The notes under the pieces: model-generated
The model's input: the letters and a program-made list of their open reading frames with translations, nothing else
Told to the model about the DNA's origin: nothing
Databases searched by the model: none
Assembly: GCA_017552705.1 (NCBI GenBank)
Contig: JAFZOY010000028.1
Location: forward strand, 12,752 to 76,751
Direction: 5' to 3'
DNA from: Bacteroidales bacterium
Lineage (GTDB): Bacteria; Bacteroidota; Bacteroidia; Bacteroidales; UBA1715
Length of the DNA stretch: 64,000 nucleotides
Position numbers and translations under genes: made by a program
Part shown: positions 38,430 to 48,089 of the stretch, piece after piece
How positions within the stretch are numbered: position 1 is the first letter of the stretch
How the letters are laid out: every line of letters begins with the position of its first letter

Positions 38430-39070
38430 TCTAATTGTCCTTCTCTGGTCATTTCACTTGTATCGACTAAAATTGCATCGTCGGCTTGTCGCAGTGGACT
38501 TTCCGCACGTGTGGTGTCAATGAAATCACGCTGTTTTAAGTTTTCCAGAATCTCATCGTAGTTGGCGTGTCCTTCCTTTGACATAAGTTCGTCGTAGCGG
38601 CGTTGCGCACGGACTTCGGGTGAGGCGGTTACAAAAAATTTGTAGTCGGCGTTGGGGAAAACTACTGTTCCTATATCGCGGCCATCCATTACCACATCAG
38701 CGCTTTCACCATATTTTTGTTGCTTTTCAACCATCGCTTTCCGAACAAATCCAATTTTGCTCACCATGCTTACATCGTGGGCAACTTCCATGCTCCGAAT
38801 TTGCTTTTCAACGTTTACGCCATTTAGATATGTATCTTGTTGTTGCGTGTCTTTATTTAAAGCAAAACTTATATTGATTTCACCAATATGTTGTTTCAAA
38901 GCATCTTCGTTGACTATGCCGTTTTGGATGAATTTATTTTGTTGACAAAAGAGAGTTACGGCGCGGTACATCGCACCAGTGTCAACATACGTGTAACCAA
39001 GCCGTTTTGCCAAGGCTTTTGCGATTGTGCTTTTCCCGCACGATGAATGTCCGTCGATTGCAATTATCAT
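38402..39070 (-). CDS. cmk: (d)CMP kinase
   Basis: IIAIDGHSSCGKSTIAKALAKRLGYTYVDTGAMYRA (P-loop plus CMP-binding region) and DGRDIGTVVFP. Confidence 0.93.
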   Translation of the reverse strand: MIIAIDGHSSCGKSTIAKALAKRLGYTYVDTGAMYRAVTLFCQQNKFIQNGIVNEDALKQHIGEINISFALNKDTQQQDTYLNGVNVEKQIRSMEVAHDVSMVSKIGFVRKAMVEKQQKYGESADVVMDGRDIGTVVFPNADYKFFVTASPEVRAQRRYDELMSKEGHANYDEILENLKQRDFIDTTRAESPLRQADDAILVDTSEMTREGQLEWILSKIQQ

Positions 39071-40143
39071 AAGTTCGTAGATTTACGTTTTTGTGCTTGT
39101 GTTTGATATGCGGAATAGATTGTTTCCGCGTTGAGTCCGAGAGTGAAGAAATTCCGTCCGCCGGCAACCTGTTGCTTTGCCCAGCCATACGAAATGTTGA
39201 ATCTCGAAAATGTCAGAATGAATCCTGCGCTGATGCCGGCTCCCTGTTTTGAACTCCCGAATGAGAGTTCTTCGGATTTTCGGTAGTTGTAGCCGCCAAT
39301 CACAGTGATGTGTTTTCCTAAGAAAATCTCGGTGGAAACAGTAAAATGTTTGATGAATTTTTTCCCGAATGTCACAAATTCCCGTTCTTCGTTTTCTTCA
39401 TAAATGCTATTATTTGAAGAGGTTTTCTTTGCTTTTGGTTCCGAAATGTCGAAGTGCTGAAGGTCTTCGTAAGTGAAATTGAATCGAATGGGCGCGTGTT
39501 CCAGTTTTTGTGTCATTCCTAAATCGATGCTGTAGGGAACGGCTTCTCTGTTGCCTTTTGTGTAAGGTTTTAAACTCCAGCCAACGTTTCTGGCGGCTAT
39601 GGAAAAGCATGACCGTTCGAGACGGTATGAAATTCCTGCGTCGAACAATAGCCCGTAACTTGTGTAACTTTCTAAGTATGAAAGGATTGGTTTTAGGTTT
39701 GCGCCAACAAAAATATTGTCTTTAAGTTGATACGAAACACCCGAAATAATCTCGTATTCCGATGGAACAAAGTTGTTTATGGGATTTCCCGATTCGTCGT
39801 ATCCTTCAAACACGCCGTAATTCAGGAAATGAATACCGCCTTGTAGCGTAAGGCCGTGCGACAGCGCGTGGGCATAGCCTATTGTGCCAAGTCCAATGCC
39901 CGTTTCTTTTAAATGAATCATTCCCCAATTCCCCACAATTTCATTATTATAGGAAGAATCAAGCAGTGACGGGTTTTTTAAGGCAAACGGGAGATTTGTC
40001 TCGGTCCGTGTTATCACGTTTCCGCCGAATGCGTTTTCTGCGGCGGAATAGGGAAGTGTGACGAATTCATACGTTGAGCTGCCACCAATTTGCGCGAAAA
40101 TGGAGACAGGCAGCAGAACCAAAACAAGAAAAATCCGTTTCAT
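39067..40143 (-). CDS. porQ: type IX secretion system outer-membrane protein PorQ-like
   Basis: Signal peptide followed by AQIGGSSTYEFVTLPYSAAENAFGG, which matches my memory of the PorQ N-terminal signature. Beta-barrel-like alternating pattern throughout. ATGA overlap with cmk, an adjacency I recall from other Bacteroidota. Confidence 0.55.
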   Translation of the reverse strand: MKRIFLVLVLLPVSIFAQIGGSSTYEFVTLPYSAAENAFGGNVITRTETNLPFALKNPSLLDSSYNNEIVGNWGMIHLKETGIGLGTIGYAHALSHGLTLQGGIHFLNYGVFEGYDESGNPINNFVPSEYEIISGVSYQLKDNIFVGANLKPILSYLESYTSYGLLFDAGISYRLERSCFSIAARNVGWSLKPYTKGNREAVPYSIDLGMTQKLEHAPIRFNFTYEDLQHFDISEPKAKKTSSNNSIYEENEEREFVTFGKKFIKHFTVSTEIFLGKHITVIGGYNYRKSEELSFGSSKQGAGISAGFILTFSRFNISYGWAKQQVAGGRNFFTLGLNAETIYSAYQTQAQKRKSTNL

Positions 40144-40192
40144 CGAAAAACTATTGATACAAAGTAAACGAATTTTTGTGGATTAATTGCAT

Positions 40193-40224
40193 AAAAAAAG
40201 AGGATGACTCAAAAATCATCCTCT
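40193..40224 (-). terminator. rho-independent terminator after tRNA-Phe
   Basis: AGAGGATGA (40199-40207) pairs with TCATCCTCT (40216-40224). On the minus strand it is followed by a T7 run (plus-strand A-run 40193-40199). Confidence 0.7.
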
Positions 40225-40228
40225 TCCG

Positions 40229-40301
40229 TGGAGAGGGGCGGGATCGAACCGCCGACGCCAGGATTTTCAGTCCTGTGCTCTACCGACTGAGCTACCACTC
40301 C
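40229..40301 (-). tRNA. tRNA-Phe (anticodon GAA)
   Basis: The reverse complement reads GGAGTGG-TA-GCTCAGTCGGTAGAGC-A-CAGGA-CTGAAAA-TCCTG-GCGTC-GGCGG-TTCGATC-CCGCC-CCTCTCC-A. This is a standard cloverleaf with anticodon loop CTGAAAA. CCA is not encoded. Confidence 0.88.
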
Positions 40302-40482
40302 GATTTGGTGAGGCAAAAGTAGTAATATTTTTCGATTTACAAAATTTTTGTTCCAGAAAATTATTTTTTGCCTTCGGAATCAGTTGGATTGCAGTTATAA
40401 TTGTTGCAGTAACAATGCAAAGTAGGACGGGAAATGGTGAGATTTGACGGCATTTTTCTTATTTTTGTGGAAAACAATCAGT

Positions 40483-40818
40483 ATGAATATTGAAGAATTT
40501 AGAGAATATTGCCTTTCGTTGCCAAACGTGACCGAGGATATGCCGTTCGATGAAAATGTTTTAGTGTTTCGGCTCCACGGGAAAATATTCGCGTGCGTTG
40601 CGATGGACAATCCCGACCTTGCCACGATGAAGTGCGATCCAGAAAAAGCCATCGAACTCAGGGAACAGTATGGCAGTATTGAAGGCGCCTTCCATTGGAA
40701 TAAGAAATTTTGGAATCAAATCTGGTTCAATCAAGATGCCGACGATAAACTCATTCGCTCTTTGGTCGACCACGCCTATGACGAGGTGTATAAAAAACTT
40801 CCCAAACGGCTAAAATAA
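40483..40818 (+). CDS. MmcQ/YjbR family DNA-binding protein
   Basis: From the ATG at 40483: MNIEEFREYCLSLPNVTEDMPFDENVLVFRLHGKIFA..., the characteristic YjbR-family N-terminus. Confidence 0.75.
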   Translation: MNIEEFREYCLSLPNVTEDMPFDENVLVFRLHGKIFACVAMDNPDLATMKCDPEKAIELREQYGSIEGAFHWNKKFWNQIWFNQDADDKLIRSLVDHAYDEVYKKLPKRLK

Positions 40819-40872
40819 TGTGTTTCGATTCTACTTTTTTCGAAAATTGTGTAACCTCTGCGCCAAGTTTCC

Positions 40873-40880
40873 TATCTTTG
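40873..40880 (+). promoter_or_regulatory. -7 promoter box TATCTTTG
   Basis: TAnnTTTG consensus 19 nt upstream of the ATG at 40899. Confidence 0.45.
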
Positions 40881-40898
40881 TAATGAAAACCCGTTGGT

Positions 40899-41468
40899 AT
40901 GGCAGATACAAAAGAATTAGTAATCATAGGCGGACCAAATGGTTCGGGAAAAACAACGTTTACGCAGAGCTATATAGAGCTGCATCCTATGGCGTGTCTT
41001 AATGCCGACGAGATTGCCAAGACGATTGACCCCGTGAATATGAGCAAAGTGAGCGTAAGCGCGGGAAAAATCTTTTTCAAGCAACTTGAGGAATATAAAA
41101 AACGTGGGGAAAGCGTTCTCATTGAAAGCACGCTTTCGGGTACGTACCTTACCAAGATGATGGATGATTTCCACAAGGAAGGCTACGAAGTCACTTTGGT
41201 GTATGTTTTTTTGTATTCTCCCGAGGTGTGCATTGAACGTATCAAGGAGCGGGTTCTCAAAGGCGGCCACTTTGTTCCTGACCGCGATGTGATTCGACGA
41301 TATTACAGGAGCAAGGAGAATTTTTGGAACAATTATAAAAATGAAGCCGATAAATGGTTTTTGGTCTATAACTCTGAAAACAAATTTATTCCTATCGCAT
41401 TAGGGATGAAAAATCAGTTCTCCATTGAAAATAAGGATTATTTCTACAAATTTATGTCGAAATTCTGA
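40899..41468 (+). CDS. zeta-toxin-like / COG4185-type P-loop ATPase
   Basis: Walker A IIGGPNGSGKTT at the N-terminus. The ~190-aa size and following pattern (ADEIA..., ESTLSG) are typical of zeta toxin/AAA_33-like kinases. Confidence 0.6.
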   Translation: MADTKELVIIGGPNGSGKTTFTQSYIELHPMACLNADEIAKTIDPVNMSKVSVSAGKIFFKQLEEYKKRGESVLIESTLSGTYLTKMMDDFHKEGYEVTLVYVFLYSPEVCIERIKERVLKGGHFVPDRDVIRRYYRSKENFWNNYKNEADKWFLVYNSENKFIPIALGMKNQFSIENKDYFYKFMSKF

Positions 41469-41643
41469 TTTGTTGAAATCCGAGCTTACTTTTATCTTGT
41501 TGAAAATCAATGGCTTTATCGCTTCGTCTAATAACTTATCAACACCCTCTATTTTTTGAAAAAAAATAATATATTTGCATTGGTCAAAAGTGGCAATTTT
41601 GAAAAATGTCAATTTTGATTCTCGAGTAGTTAATGTATTTGGT

Positions 41644-41850
41644 ATGGAAGTAAAAAAGTTTTCAGACTTGAATTTATACTTGAAAGGCTTCGAGATAGAA
41701 TCGATTGGTAACCAAGCGGTTCGAAAAGCTCAGGAAGAGAACAGGAAGAAGGGTATTCCTCTTGTATATTCCGTTGATGGGAAAATATATTATGAATTGG
41801 CTGACGGTACCATAACAACCGATAGCCCGTTCAAAACAGATAAGGGATAG
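41644..41850 (+). CDS. small hypothetical protein (68 aa)
   Basis: ATG at 41644 within the listed ORF 41575..41850. No recognisable family. The coding call rests on ORF length and codon look only. Confidence 0.35.
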   Translation: MEVKKFSDLNLYLKGFEIESIGNQAVRKAQEENRKKGIPLVYSVDGKIYYELADGTITTDSPFKTDKG

Positions 41851-41886
41851 GTATAAACCGTTCGCAAGAACAAATCACAATTATAT

Positions 41887-44800
41887 ATGAAAAGATTGAC
41901 AAAAGAACTATTTGCGATTGTAACCATAGTTCCAATGGTGGGATTTTCGCAAAAAACAATTGAAATCGATGTGAAGTCAAACGTTCACAGCATCAGCCCG
42001 TATATCTACGGAACGAACGAATCGTACGAAGGCGCTACGGCTGCCCGTTGGGGAGGAAACAGAAGTACCAGCTACAACTGGGAAAATAATGCCTCGAATG
42101 GTGGTAACGATGCGAATTTCACATCCGATAATTTTTATGATTATTCAGGAAGCACGGTTCCAGCTCTTCCAATTTTGAATGCGACAAAAGATGCCGACAG
42201 CAAAGGCCAGTACAATCTGGTTTCGTTGCAGGCTGCGGGATATGTGGCTGCCGATAAAAATGGTGCTGTTTCGGAAGATCAGGCTGCTCCGAGTAATCGT
42301 TGGAAGGCTATATCATTCCACAAAGATGGACCATATACGTTAACTCCGGATCCAAACGACGATGTGGTGTATATCGATGAACTTGTACATTATCTGTCGG
42401 CAAAACTTGGTCGTGCTGGTGATGGTGGCGTTTCAGCGTATGCAATTGATAATGAGCCATATTTGTGGAATCAAACACACGCTCGTCTTCACCCTCAAAA
42501 AACCACTCCTAAAGAATTGATAGAAAAAACGGTGGAATTGTCGAAAGTAATCCGTCGGGAAGCCCCTGGTGCCGACATTTACGGCCCGATGTTTTTCGGT
42601 TGGACTGATGCCTATCACTGGGGTATGGATAATCAGGAATGGAAGACTATTTATAATTTGAGCCGCCGTGAAGGTTACACGAACACGTATGCTTGGTTTG
42701 TTGACTATTATTTGGATACATTGCGTAAAGTGGAGGAAGAAACAGGTATCCGTCCGATTGATGCTATCGCATTCCACTGGTATCCTGAATCATACGGTAA
42801 AAAGACAAAGAAACGTGTGGTTGACCTCGACAATGTTGCTTCTCCGGCAGAATTGATTGCGGAAGATATGATTGAAGCCCGCCTTCAAGCTCCACGTGCG
42901 TTGTGGGATAGTAAATACCAATATTATGGAGCCGATGGACAACGTTCGTATGTTGATATACAAGGTGGTAAGGCAATTATCCAAAAGATTAAAAAATCCG
43001 TTGAGAACTTTTATCCAGGAACAAAGATCGCTTTCACGGAGTTTGAATATGATGCTGAAGACCATTGGTCAGGTGGTTTGAGCCTTGTTGATGTTCTTGG
43101 CGTTCTTGGTCGCGAGGATGTGTACCTTGCATGTAAATGGGATGTGTTTAAAACATATTCTATTTCGGCGTATAATCTGTATTTGAACTATGACGGCAAT
43201 GGCTCTAAGTTCGGAAATACATCGGTTTATGCTATGCAAAGCGATACGGTTTCATTGTCAAGTTTCGCTTCGTTGGACGACAATAAGAACTTGCACATTA
43301 TTATTGTAAACAAAACAAACACGGTACAAAAAACAAAAATCAATATAGCAAACGGTATCTACGAAAAAGGTGTTGTGTACGGATTTGGACAGGCAACTTC
43401 GGATATCATACAGTTGGAAACAATCTCTGGTATAGAAAATTCTTCGTTTGATTACGATGTTCCTACGTATTCTGCCGTACATATTATATTGGAAGCTGTT
43501 CCGCAGTCAAAACTTGTGAAGGCAAAAGTTGTTGATCCGAATGCTGACGAAATTGTTCTCTCATTCAATGGTGACCTTTCATTAACGTCGGGAACTGCTG
43601 CAGCCCAAGAATTTACGGTTTCGGTTGATGGTGAGGCAAATGCTGTTACAGGCGTTACAGTAGATGGTAAAAGTGCAGTGCTGAAACTTTCGCAGGCAAT
43701 TTCACCAAGCAATGAGCAGATTTTGGTTTCATATCTTGGTACGAATGTGATTGGCGATTATGGGTATCCAATCGCAAGTTTCGACACGGTGTATGTGTTC
43801 AACGAACAAGAATTAGCTCCAGTCCGTGCAGTATCTGGCGAAGTTGACGTGTTGGGACGTTATATTAAGTTGTTGGTTTCCAAGGAAATATCTTCTGCCG
43901 CAAATGATGGATTTTCAATAATGCAGGACGACGAGGAACTTGGTGTCAAGGAAATTGTTGTGTCGGATGAATCTGCCAATGAACTATACATTTATCCATT
44001 AACTCGTTTGTTTAAGTATAAAAGTACGGTCTTGAAATCGGCAAATAACGAGGTTGTTGTCGCAAAAGACGGCACGTCGCTTTCTGGTTTCACAATGAAT
44101 TTGGCGGGTGGCGCAAACTTCGCTCCTGAAATTGATTCAATGACAATATTCGACAACTATACGATTTACGTATATTTCAATACGAATATGCTCCCGACAA
44201 CAGATTACGACAAAGTAGGTTTCACCATTACTGATAACGAAGGTGTAACAATGGAATACACCACAAAATACGATAAGAGCCGTCGTCGTCTTGCCATATT
44301 CACGGAAGCACCAATGTCGTATGAAAAAGAATATACAATGTCGTATGTTGATGATAGTCAAGTCTTAACAATCCACAATGGTGTGTTGGACAGCTTCTCA
44401 AAAGTCTTGGAAAGTTCATTGCGCGATATGGGTGCGAAAGTTGTGAATATTCCAGACGAAACACTTCAGGTTGAGGAATATTGGATTCGTGTTGGAGACC
44501 CTGTTGTTGAAGAATGCTCCGACAATTCGGAATTGAGCTCAGGAAAACATCTTGGCTATATTGGCGAAAACGATATCTATACATACAAAATAAATGTGCC
44601 AAAAGACGCAACGTACACGTTGTATCTTCGCTATGCTTCGGAACGCGATGGCGATTTGAATTTTGTGATAGATGGCAACACATACCATCTTACCGTTCCT
44701 GCTACGAAGAATTTCAAAACATGGAAGGAAGTGTATCGTGCAATTCCGCTGACTGCAGGCGAACATGATTTGCAACTGAGTATTCTTAATGGTGGTTTCA

Positions 44801-45420
44801 ATGCGAACTATATCCGTTTTGTTGAGGAAGAAAAATATATGGGTGGCAGAATCACAAAATCTTCGGTTTTGAAGAAGGGTAACACTGTTTCGGTATATTT
44901 CAGTCTTCCTCTTGATGTTCTTCCTGAAATTGAAGATGTTGCCATGATGTGTAATGAAAGCGTGGAATTGCCGATAGAGTCTATCTCGTATGTGTATTAC
45001 AATATGAGTTCTGTTTTGACATTCACAATGGATACGCTGATTTATCAAGGTGATGCGATTTCATTGCAGTTCAAGTCAAAAATTAAAACGGCTGACGGTG
45101 GCGACATAAACGATACAACTATTGTGGTTAAGAACAATTCTTCCCAAGTGTATGTCCCGCAGGATCCTGATGCAATTCAGTCGGTGGCACAATCTGCCTA
45201 CACATTGTCGCCGGTTCCGGCAAAATGTGGCGAGCCGATAACAGTGACTTCCGACTCTGAAAATGAAATCTCATATTCTGTTATCGCTAATAATGGCGCT
45301 GTCGTGAAATCGGGCTCGTTTGTGCGAAATGTAACGTTTGTGTTGGATCATGCGGGTGTATATAGTATACGTATGTCAGATGGTACAAGTGTTGATGTGA
45401 AAAAAATAATTATACGTTAG
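41887..45420 (+). CDS. secreted glycoside hydrolase family 44-like enzyme with Ig-like repeats, CBM6/35-like module and T9SS C-terminal sorting domain
   Basis: N-terminal catalytic region: ISPYIYGTN, RWGGNRSTSYNWENNASN, AIDNEPYLWNQTHARLHP and IAFTEFEYD (GH44 NEP / TEY glutamate contexts). CBM6-like region: HLGYIGENDIYTYKINVPKDATYTLYLRYAS...FNANYIRF. C-terminal ~80 aa: YTLSPVPAKCGEPITV...GVYSIRMSDGTSVDVKKIIIR, a T9SS type A CTD. Confidence 0.65.
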   Translation: MKRLTKELFAIVTIVPMVGFSQKTIEIDVKSNVHSISPYIYGTNESYEGATAARWGGNRSTSYNWENNASNGGNDANFTSDNFYDYSGSTVPALPILNATKDADSKGQYNLVSLQAAGYVAADKNGAVSEDQAAPSNRWKAISFHKDGPYTLTPDPNDDVVYIDELVHYLSAKLGRAGDGGVSAYAIDNEPYLWNQTHARLHPQKTTPKELIEKTVELSKVIRREAPGADIYGPMFFGWTDAYHWGMDNQEWKTIYNLSRREGYTNTYAWFVDYYLDTLRKVEEETGIRPIDAIAFHWYPESYGKKTKKRVVDLDNVASPAELIAEDMIEARLQAPRALWDSKYQYYGADGQRSYVDIQGGKAIIQKIKKSVENFYPGTKIAFTEFEYDAEDHWSGGLSLVDVLGVLGREDVYLACKWDVFKTYSISAYNLYLNYDGNGSKFGNTSVYAMQSDTVSLSSFASLDDNKNLHIIIVNKTNTVQKTKINIANGIYEKGVVYGFGQATSDIIQLETISGIENSSFDYDVPTYSAVHIILEAVPQSKLVKAKVVDPNADEIVLSFNGDLSLTSGTAAAQEFTVSVDGEANAVTGVTVDGKSAVLKLSQAISPSNEQILVSYLGTNVIGDYGYPIASFDTVYVFNEQELAPVRAVSGEVDVLGRYIKLLVSKEISSAANDGFSIMQDDEELGVKEIVVSDESANELYIYPLTRLFKYKSTVLKSANNEVVVAKDGTSLSGFTMNLAGGANFAPEIDSMTIFDNYTIYVYFNTNMLPTTDYDKVGFTITDNEGVTMEYTTKYDKSRRRLAIFTEAPMSYEKEYTMSYVDDSQVLTIHNGVLDSFSKVLESSLRDMGAKVVNIPDETLQVEEYWIRVGDPVVEECSDNSELSSGKHLGYIGENDIYTYKINVPKDATYTLYLRYASERDGDLNFVIDGNTYHLTVPATKNFKTWKEVYRAIPLTAGEHDLQLSILNGGFNANYIRFVEEEKYMGGRITKSSVLKKGNTVSVYFSLPLDVLPEIEDVAMMCNESVELPIESISYVYYNMSSVLTFTMDTLIYQGDAISLQFKSKIKTADGGDINDTTIVVKNNSSQVYVPQDPDAIQSVAQSAYTLSPVPAKCGEPITVTSDSENEISYSVIANNGAVVKSGSFVRNVTFVLDHAGVYSIRMSDGTSVDVKKIIIR

Positions 45421-45478
45421 TGTACAAAATACACTAAGAATGCGTATATTTGTGGATTGAACTTTAATTAGAAAGAAT

Positions 45479-46621
45479 ATGAAAAAACATTTTGCTGTTC
45501 TTGCCTCTCTTTGTGTAGCACTTGGAGTATCGGCACAGGTGTCAACAAGCGACATTCCTGCTGATTATTGGGAAAAATTTGAAGCTAATTACGCCGAATA
45601 TGATAGTTGGTGGGAAGTTGACGATCAAACACAGAACGTGAAAGCGTTGAAAGGTCTTACTCCTGAAAATGGAATGAAAGTCGCTGAAGGTAGTATTTCG
45701 GATAATGCATATACAATCACTACCGAAGGTGATGTGTTCAATGTTCACTATGAAAAGACAAAACCTTGGCAAAAATTCGGTTTGAGTTGGATGTATTGGA
45801 CATATCCTGCTTGTGAGTCGGACAACTGGCAGTTGGTAAATCCGATTACAGGCGAGCAATGGGCTGATGGAAAAGATTGCCATCGTACGGCAAAAGGATA
45901 TTCCATCGATTTTTCGGAACCAACAAACCGTATGATTTCATTTAAATATCAGGCTGTATCGTCTTTGATTATGGAAATCCGTGTGGATTTGTGGGATATT
46001 AAAGGTCGTAAAACAACGCGTTCAGGTTCTTACAAATTTACAACGGACAGAAGTACAATTTACGCTCCATCGGTTCCACAACAATGGAATGAGGTTTGCA
46101 TCTTGTTCGCTTCCAATGAAGACGAAGGCGTTGAAGAGGAATTGGGCGATGATATTTTTGAAGGATTTATCCTCAATGATAGATATGTTGGTCCGCTTGC
46201 CGATGGCTCTAACTCATGGTTTAATGGAATCCAGATGCCAACAAGCGAGGCTCCTCAATCGTTGAAATTGTTGTTGGATACTTCGAGAATCATTGGTGTC
46301 GAGATTTATATAAACGACGAAAAGGAGGCCAGCAGTTTGGCGGATGATAACATTTATGATTTGTATATCAAGGATTTGACTATTGGTAATGCAACTAAAT
46401 ACCAAGCTGAAGATTTCCAAAACCAAGAGGCAATATCTGTTGTAGAGGGAGATGTGTTGGAAATCGTTGACGGTGTGGTGTATTCCGAAGGAAAAATTGA
46501 GGTTATCGATATCTTAGGAAAAACAGTGAAGTCAGCGAAGGAAGAACTTGACATAAAAGACCTTCCTGCCGGAATTTATTTCATCAAGGCTGCTGAAGGA
46601 ACTGCTCGCTTTGTGAAATAA
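45479..46621 (+). CDS. secreted hypothetical protein with T9SS C-terminal sorting domain
   Basis: Signal peptide ending SAQ. C-terminus IEVIDILGKTVKSAKEELDIKDLPAGIYFIKAAEGTARFVK is a clear T9SS CTD. Confidence 0.65.
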   Translation: MKKHFAVLASLCVALGVSAQVSTSDIPADYWEKFEANYAEYDSWWEVDDQTQNVKALKGLTPENGMKVAEGSISDNAYTITTEGDVFNVHYEKTKPWQKFGLSWMYWTYPACESDNWQLVNPITGEQWADGKDCHRTAKGYSIDFSEPTNRMISFKYQAVSSLIMEIRVDLWDIKGRKTTRSGSYKFTTDRSTIYAPSVPQQWNEVCILFASNEDEGVEEELGDDIFEGFILNDRYVGPLADGSNSWFNGIQMPTSEAPQSLKLLLDTSRIIGVEIYINDEKEASSLADDNIYDLYIKDLTIGNATKYQAEDFQNQEAISVVEGDVLEIVDGVVYSEGKIEVIDILGKTVKSAKEELDIKDLPAGIYFIKAAEGTARFVK

Positions 46622-46654
46622 ACAATTTTCTCATAATAGTATTATTAAAATGGG

Positions 46655-46678
46655 GGCTCGCTTAGGCGAGCCTTTTTT
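46655..46678 (+). terminator. rho-independent terminator
   Basis: GGCTCGC-TTAG-GCGAGCC followed by TTTTTT. Confidence 0.8.
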
Positions 46679-46725
46679 GTTCGTCAGAAATTTGGGCGAG
46701 GTGGCACGAAATTTCTAAATCTTTC

Positions 46726-46733
46726 TATCTTTG
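46726..46733 (+). promoter_or_regulatory. -7 promoter box TATCTTTG upstream of metY
   Basis: TAnnTTTG consensus 27 nt upstream of the ATG at 46760. Confidence 0.5.
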
Positions 46734-46759
46734 CGAAAACATAGAATATTCTTACAAAA

Positions 46760-48040
46760 ATGGGAAAAAGAAAAATAGAAACGCTCTGCGTTCAGGCTGG
46801 ATATGAGCCTAAGAATGGCGAACCACGTGTGATGCCGATTTATCAAAGTACAACGTTCAAATATAGCAGCACGGAACAGATGGCCGATTTGTTCGATTTA
46901 AAGGCAAGTGGCTATTTCTATACTCGTTTGCAGAATCCGACAAATGATTTTGTTGCTGCAAAAATTGCCGCTCTTGAAGGTGGTGTGGCAGCTATGCTTA
47001 CTTCTTCTGGACAGGCTGCTTCGTTCTATTCGATTTTCAATGTGTGTGAGGCTGGCGACCACTTCGTGTCATCATCGACTATTTACGGAGGAACATTCAA
47101 TTTGTTCGCAGTGACGATGAAAAAACTTGGCATCGAGTGTACGTTTGTTGACCCTGATGCAAGCGAAGAGGAGATTTCCAAAGCATTCCGTCCGAACACA
47201 AAGGCATTGTTCGGCGAAACAATTGCAAATCCTGTTTTGAGCGTGCTTGATATTGAGAAATTTGCACGGATTGCTCACAAACATGGGGTTCCTTTGATTG
47301 TTGACAATACGTTCCCAACGCCAATCAATTGCCGTCCGTTTGAATTCGGTGCGGATATCGTTATCCACGCAACTACAAAATATATGGACGGACACGCAAC
47401 TAATGTTGGTGGTTGTATTGTTGACAGTGGCAATTTTGATTGGGAAGCCCATAAAGATAAATTCCCTGGCTTGACTGAACCAGATCCATCGTACCATGGT
47501 TTGGCTTACAGCAAGGCGTTTGGAAAAGGTGCATATATAACCAAGGCAACTGCGCAGTTGATGCGCGATTTGGGTTCGATTCAGGCTCCGCAAAATGCGT
47601 TCTTGTTGAACCTTGGTTTGGAAACTTTGCATGTTCGTGTGCCCCGTCATTGCGAAAATGCGCAAAAAGTTGCTGAATTCCTCGAAGCAAACGATAATGT
47701 TGCATGGGTGAACTATTCGGGACTGAAATCGAGCAAATATTATGAATTGGCACAAAAGCAATTTACCAACGGACAATCTTGTGGCGTTGTGACCTTCGGT
47801 TTGAAAGGCGATAGAGCCCGTGCCATCCGTTTTATGGATAATTTGCAGTTGGCTTGTATTGTAACGCACGTTGCCGATGCCCGCACGTGTGTGCTTCATC
47901 CAGCAAGTCATACACACCGTCAGTTGACCGATGAGCAGTTGATTGCCGCTGGCGTTCGTCCTGATTTGATTCGTTTCTCGGTAGGTATCGAAAATGCCGA
48001 CGATATTATTTCCGATATAGAACAAGCGCTTGCAAAATAA
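46760..48040 (+). CDS. metY: O-acetylhomoserine aminocarboxypropyltransferase (OAH sulfhydrylase)
   Basis: 426 aa with YTRLQNPT, the PLP-lysine context HATTKYMDGHAT and C-terminal IRFSVGIEN. This is the Cys/Met-metabolism PLP family with MetY-type length. Confidence 0.88.
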   Translation: MGKRKIETLCVQAGYEPKNGEPRVMPIYQSTTFKYSSTEQMADLFDLKASGYFYTRLQNPTNDFVAAKIAALEGGVAAMLTSSGQAASFYSIFNVCEAGDHFVSSSTIYGGTFNLFAVTMKKLGIECTFVDPDASEEEISKAFRPNTKALFGETIANPVLSVLDIEKFARIAHKHGVPLIVDNTFPTPINCRPFEFGADIVIHATTKYMDGHATNVGGCIVDSGNFDWEAHKDKFPGLTEPDPSYHGLAYSKAFGKGAYITKATAQLMRDLGSIQAPQNAFLLNLGLETLHVRVPRHCENAQKVAEFLEANDNVAWVNYSGLKSSKYYELAQKQFTNGQSCGVVTFGLKGDRARAIRFMDNLQLACIVTHVADARTCVLHPASHTHRQLTDEQLIAAGVRPDLIRFSVGIENADDIISDIEQALAK

Positions 48041-48060
48041 ATTTTTGCTTGGATAAATAA

Positions 48061-48089
48061 GGAGATGCATTTGGTTGCATCTCCTCTTT
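48061..48089 (+). terminator. hairpin (possible metY terminator or attenuating structure)
   Basis: GGAGATGCA-TTTGGT-TGCATCTCC (9-bp stem) followed by TCTTTAT. The weak U-tract lowers confidence. Confidence 0.45.

Noticed and set aside
40820-41002. 60-aa plus-strand ORF overlapping the start of the zeta-like ATPase gene
   Set aside because: It is out of frame with, and overlaps, the Walker-A-encoding gene. It spans the promoter box and has no features.
46622-46759. Possible SAM or other riboswitch upstream of metY
   Set aside because: The interval is occupied by the upstream gene's terminator and a promoter box only about 27 nt before the ATG. The leader is too short for a riboswitch aptamer.
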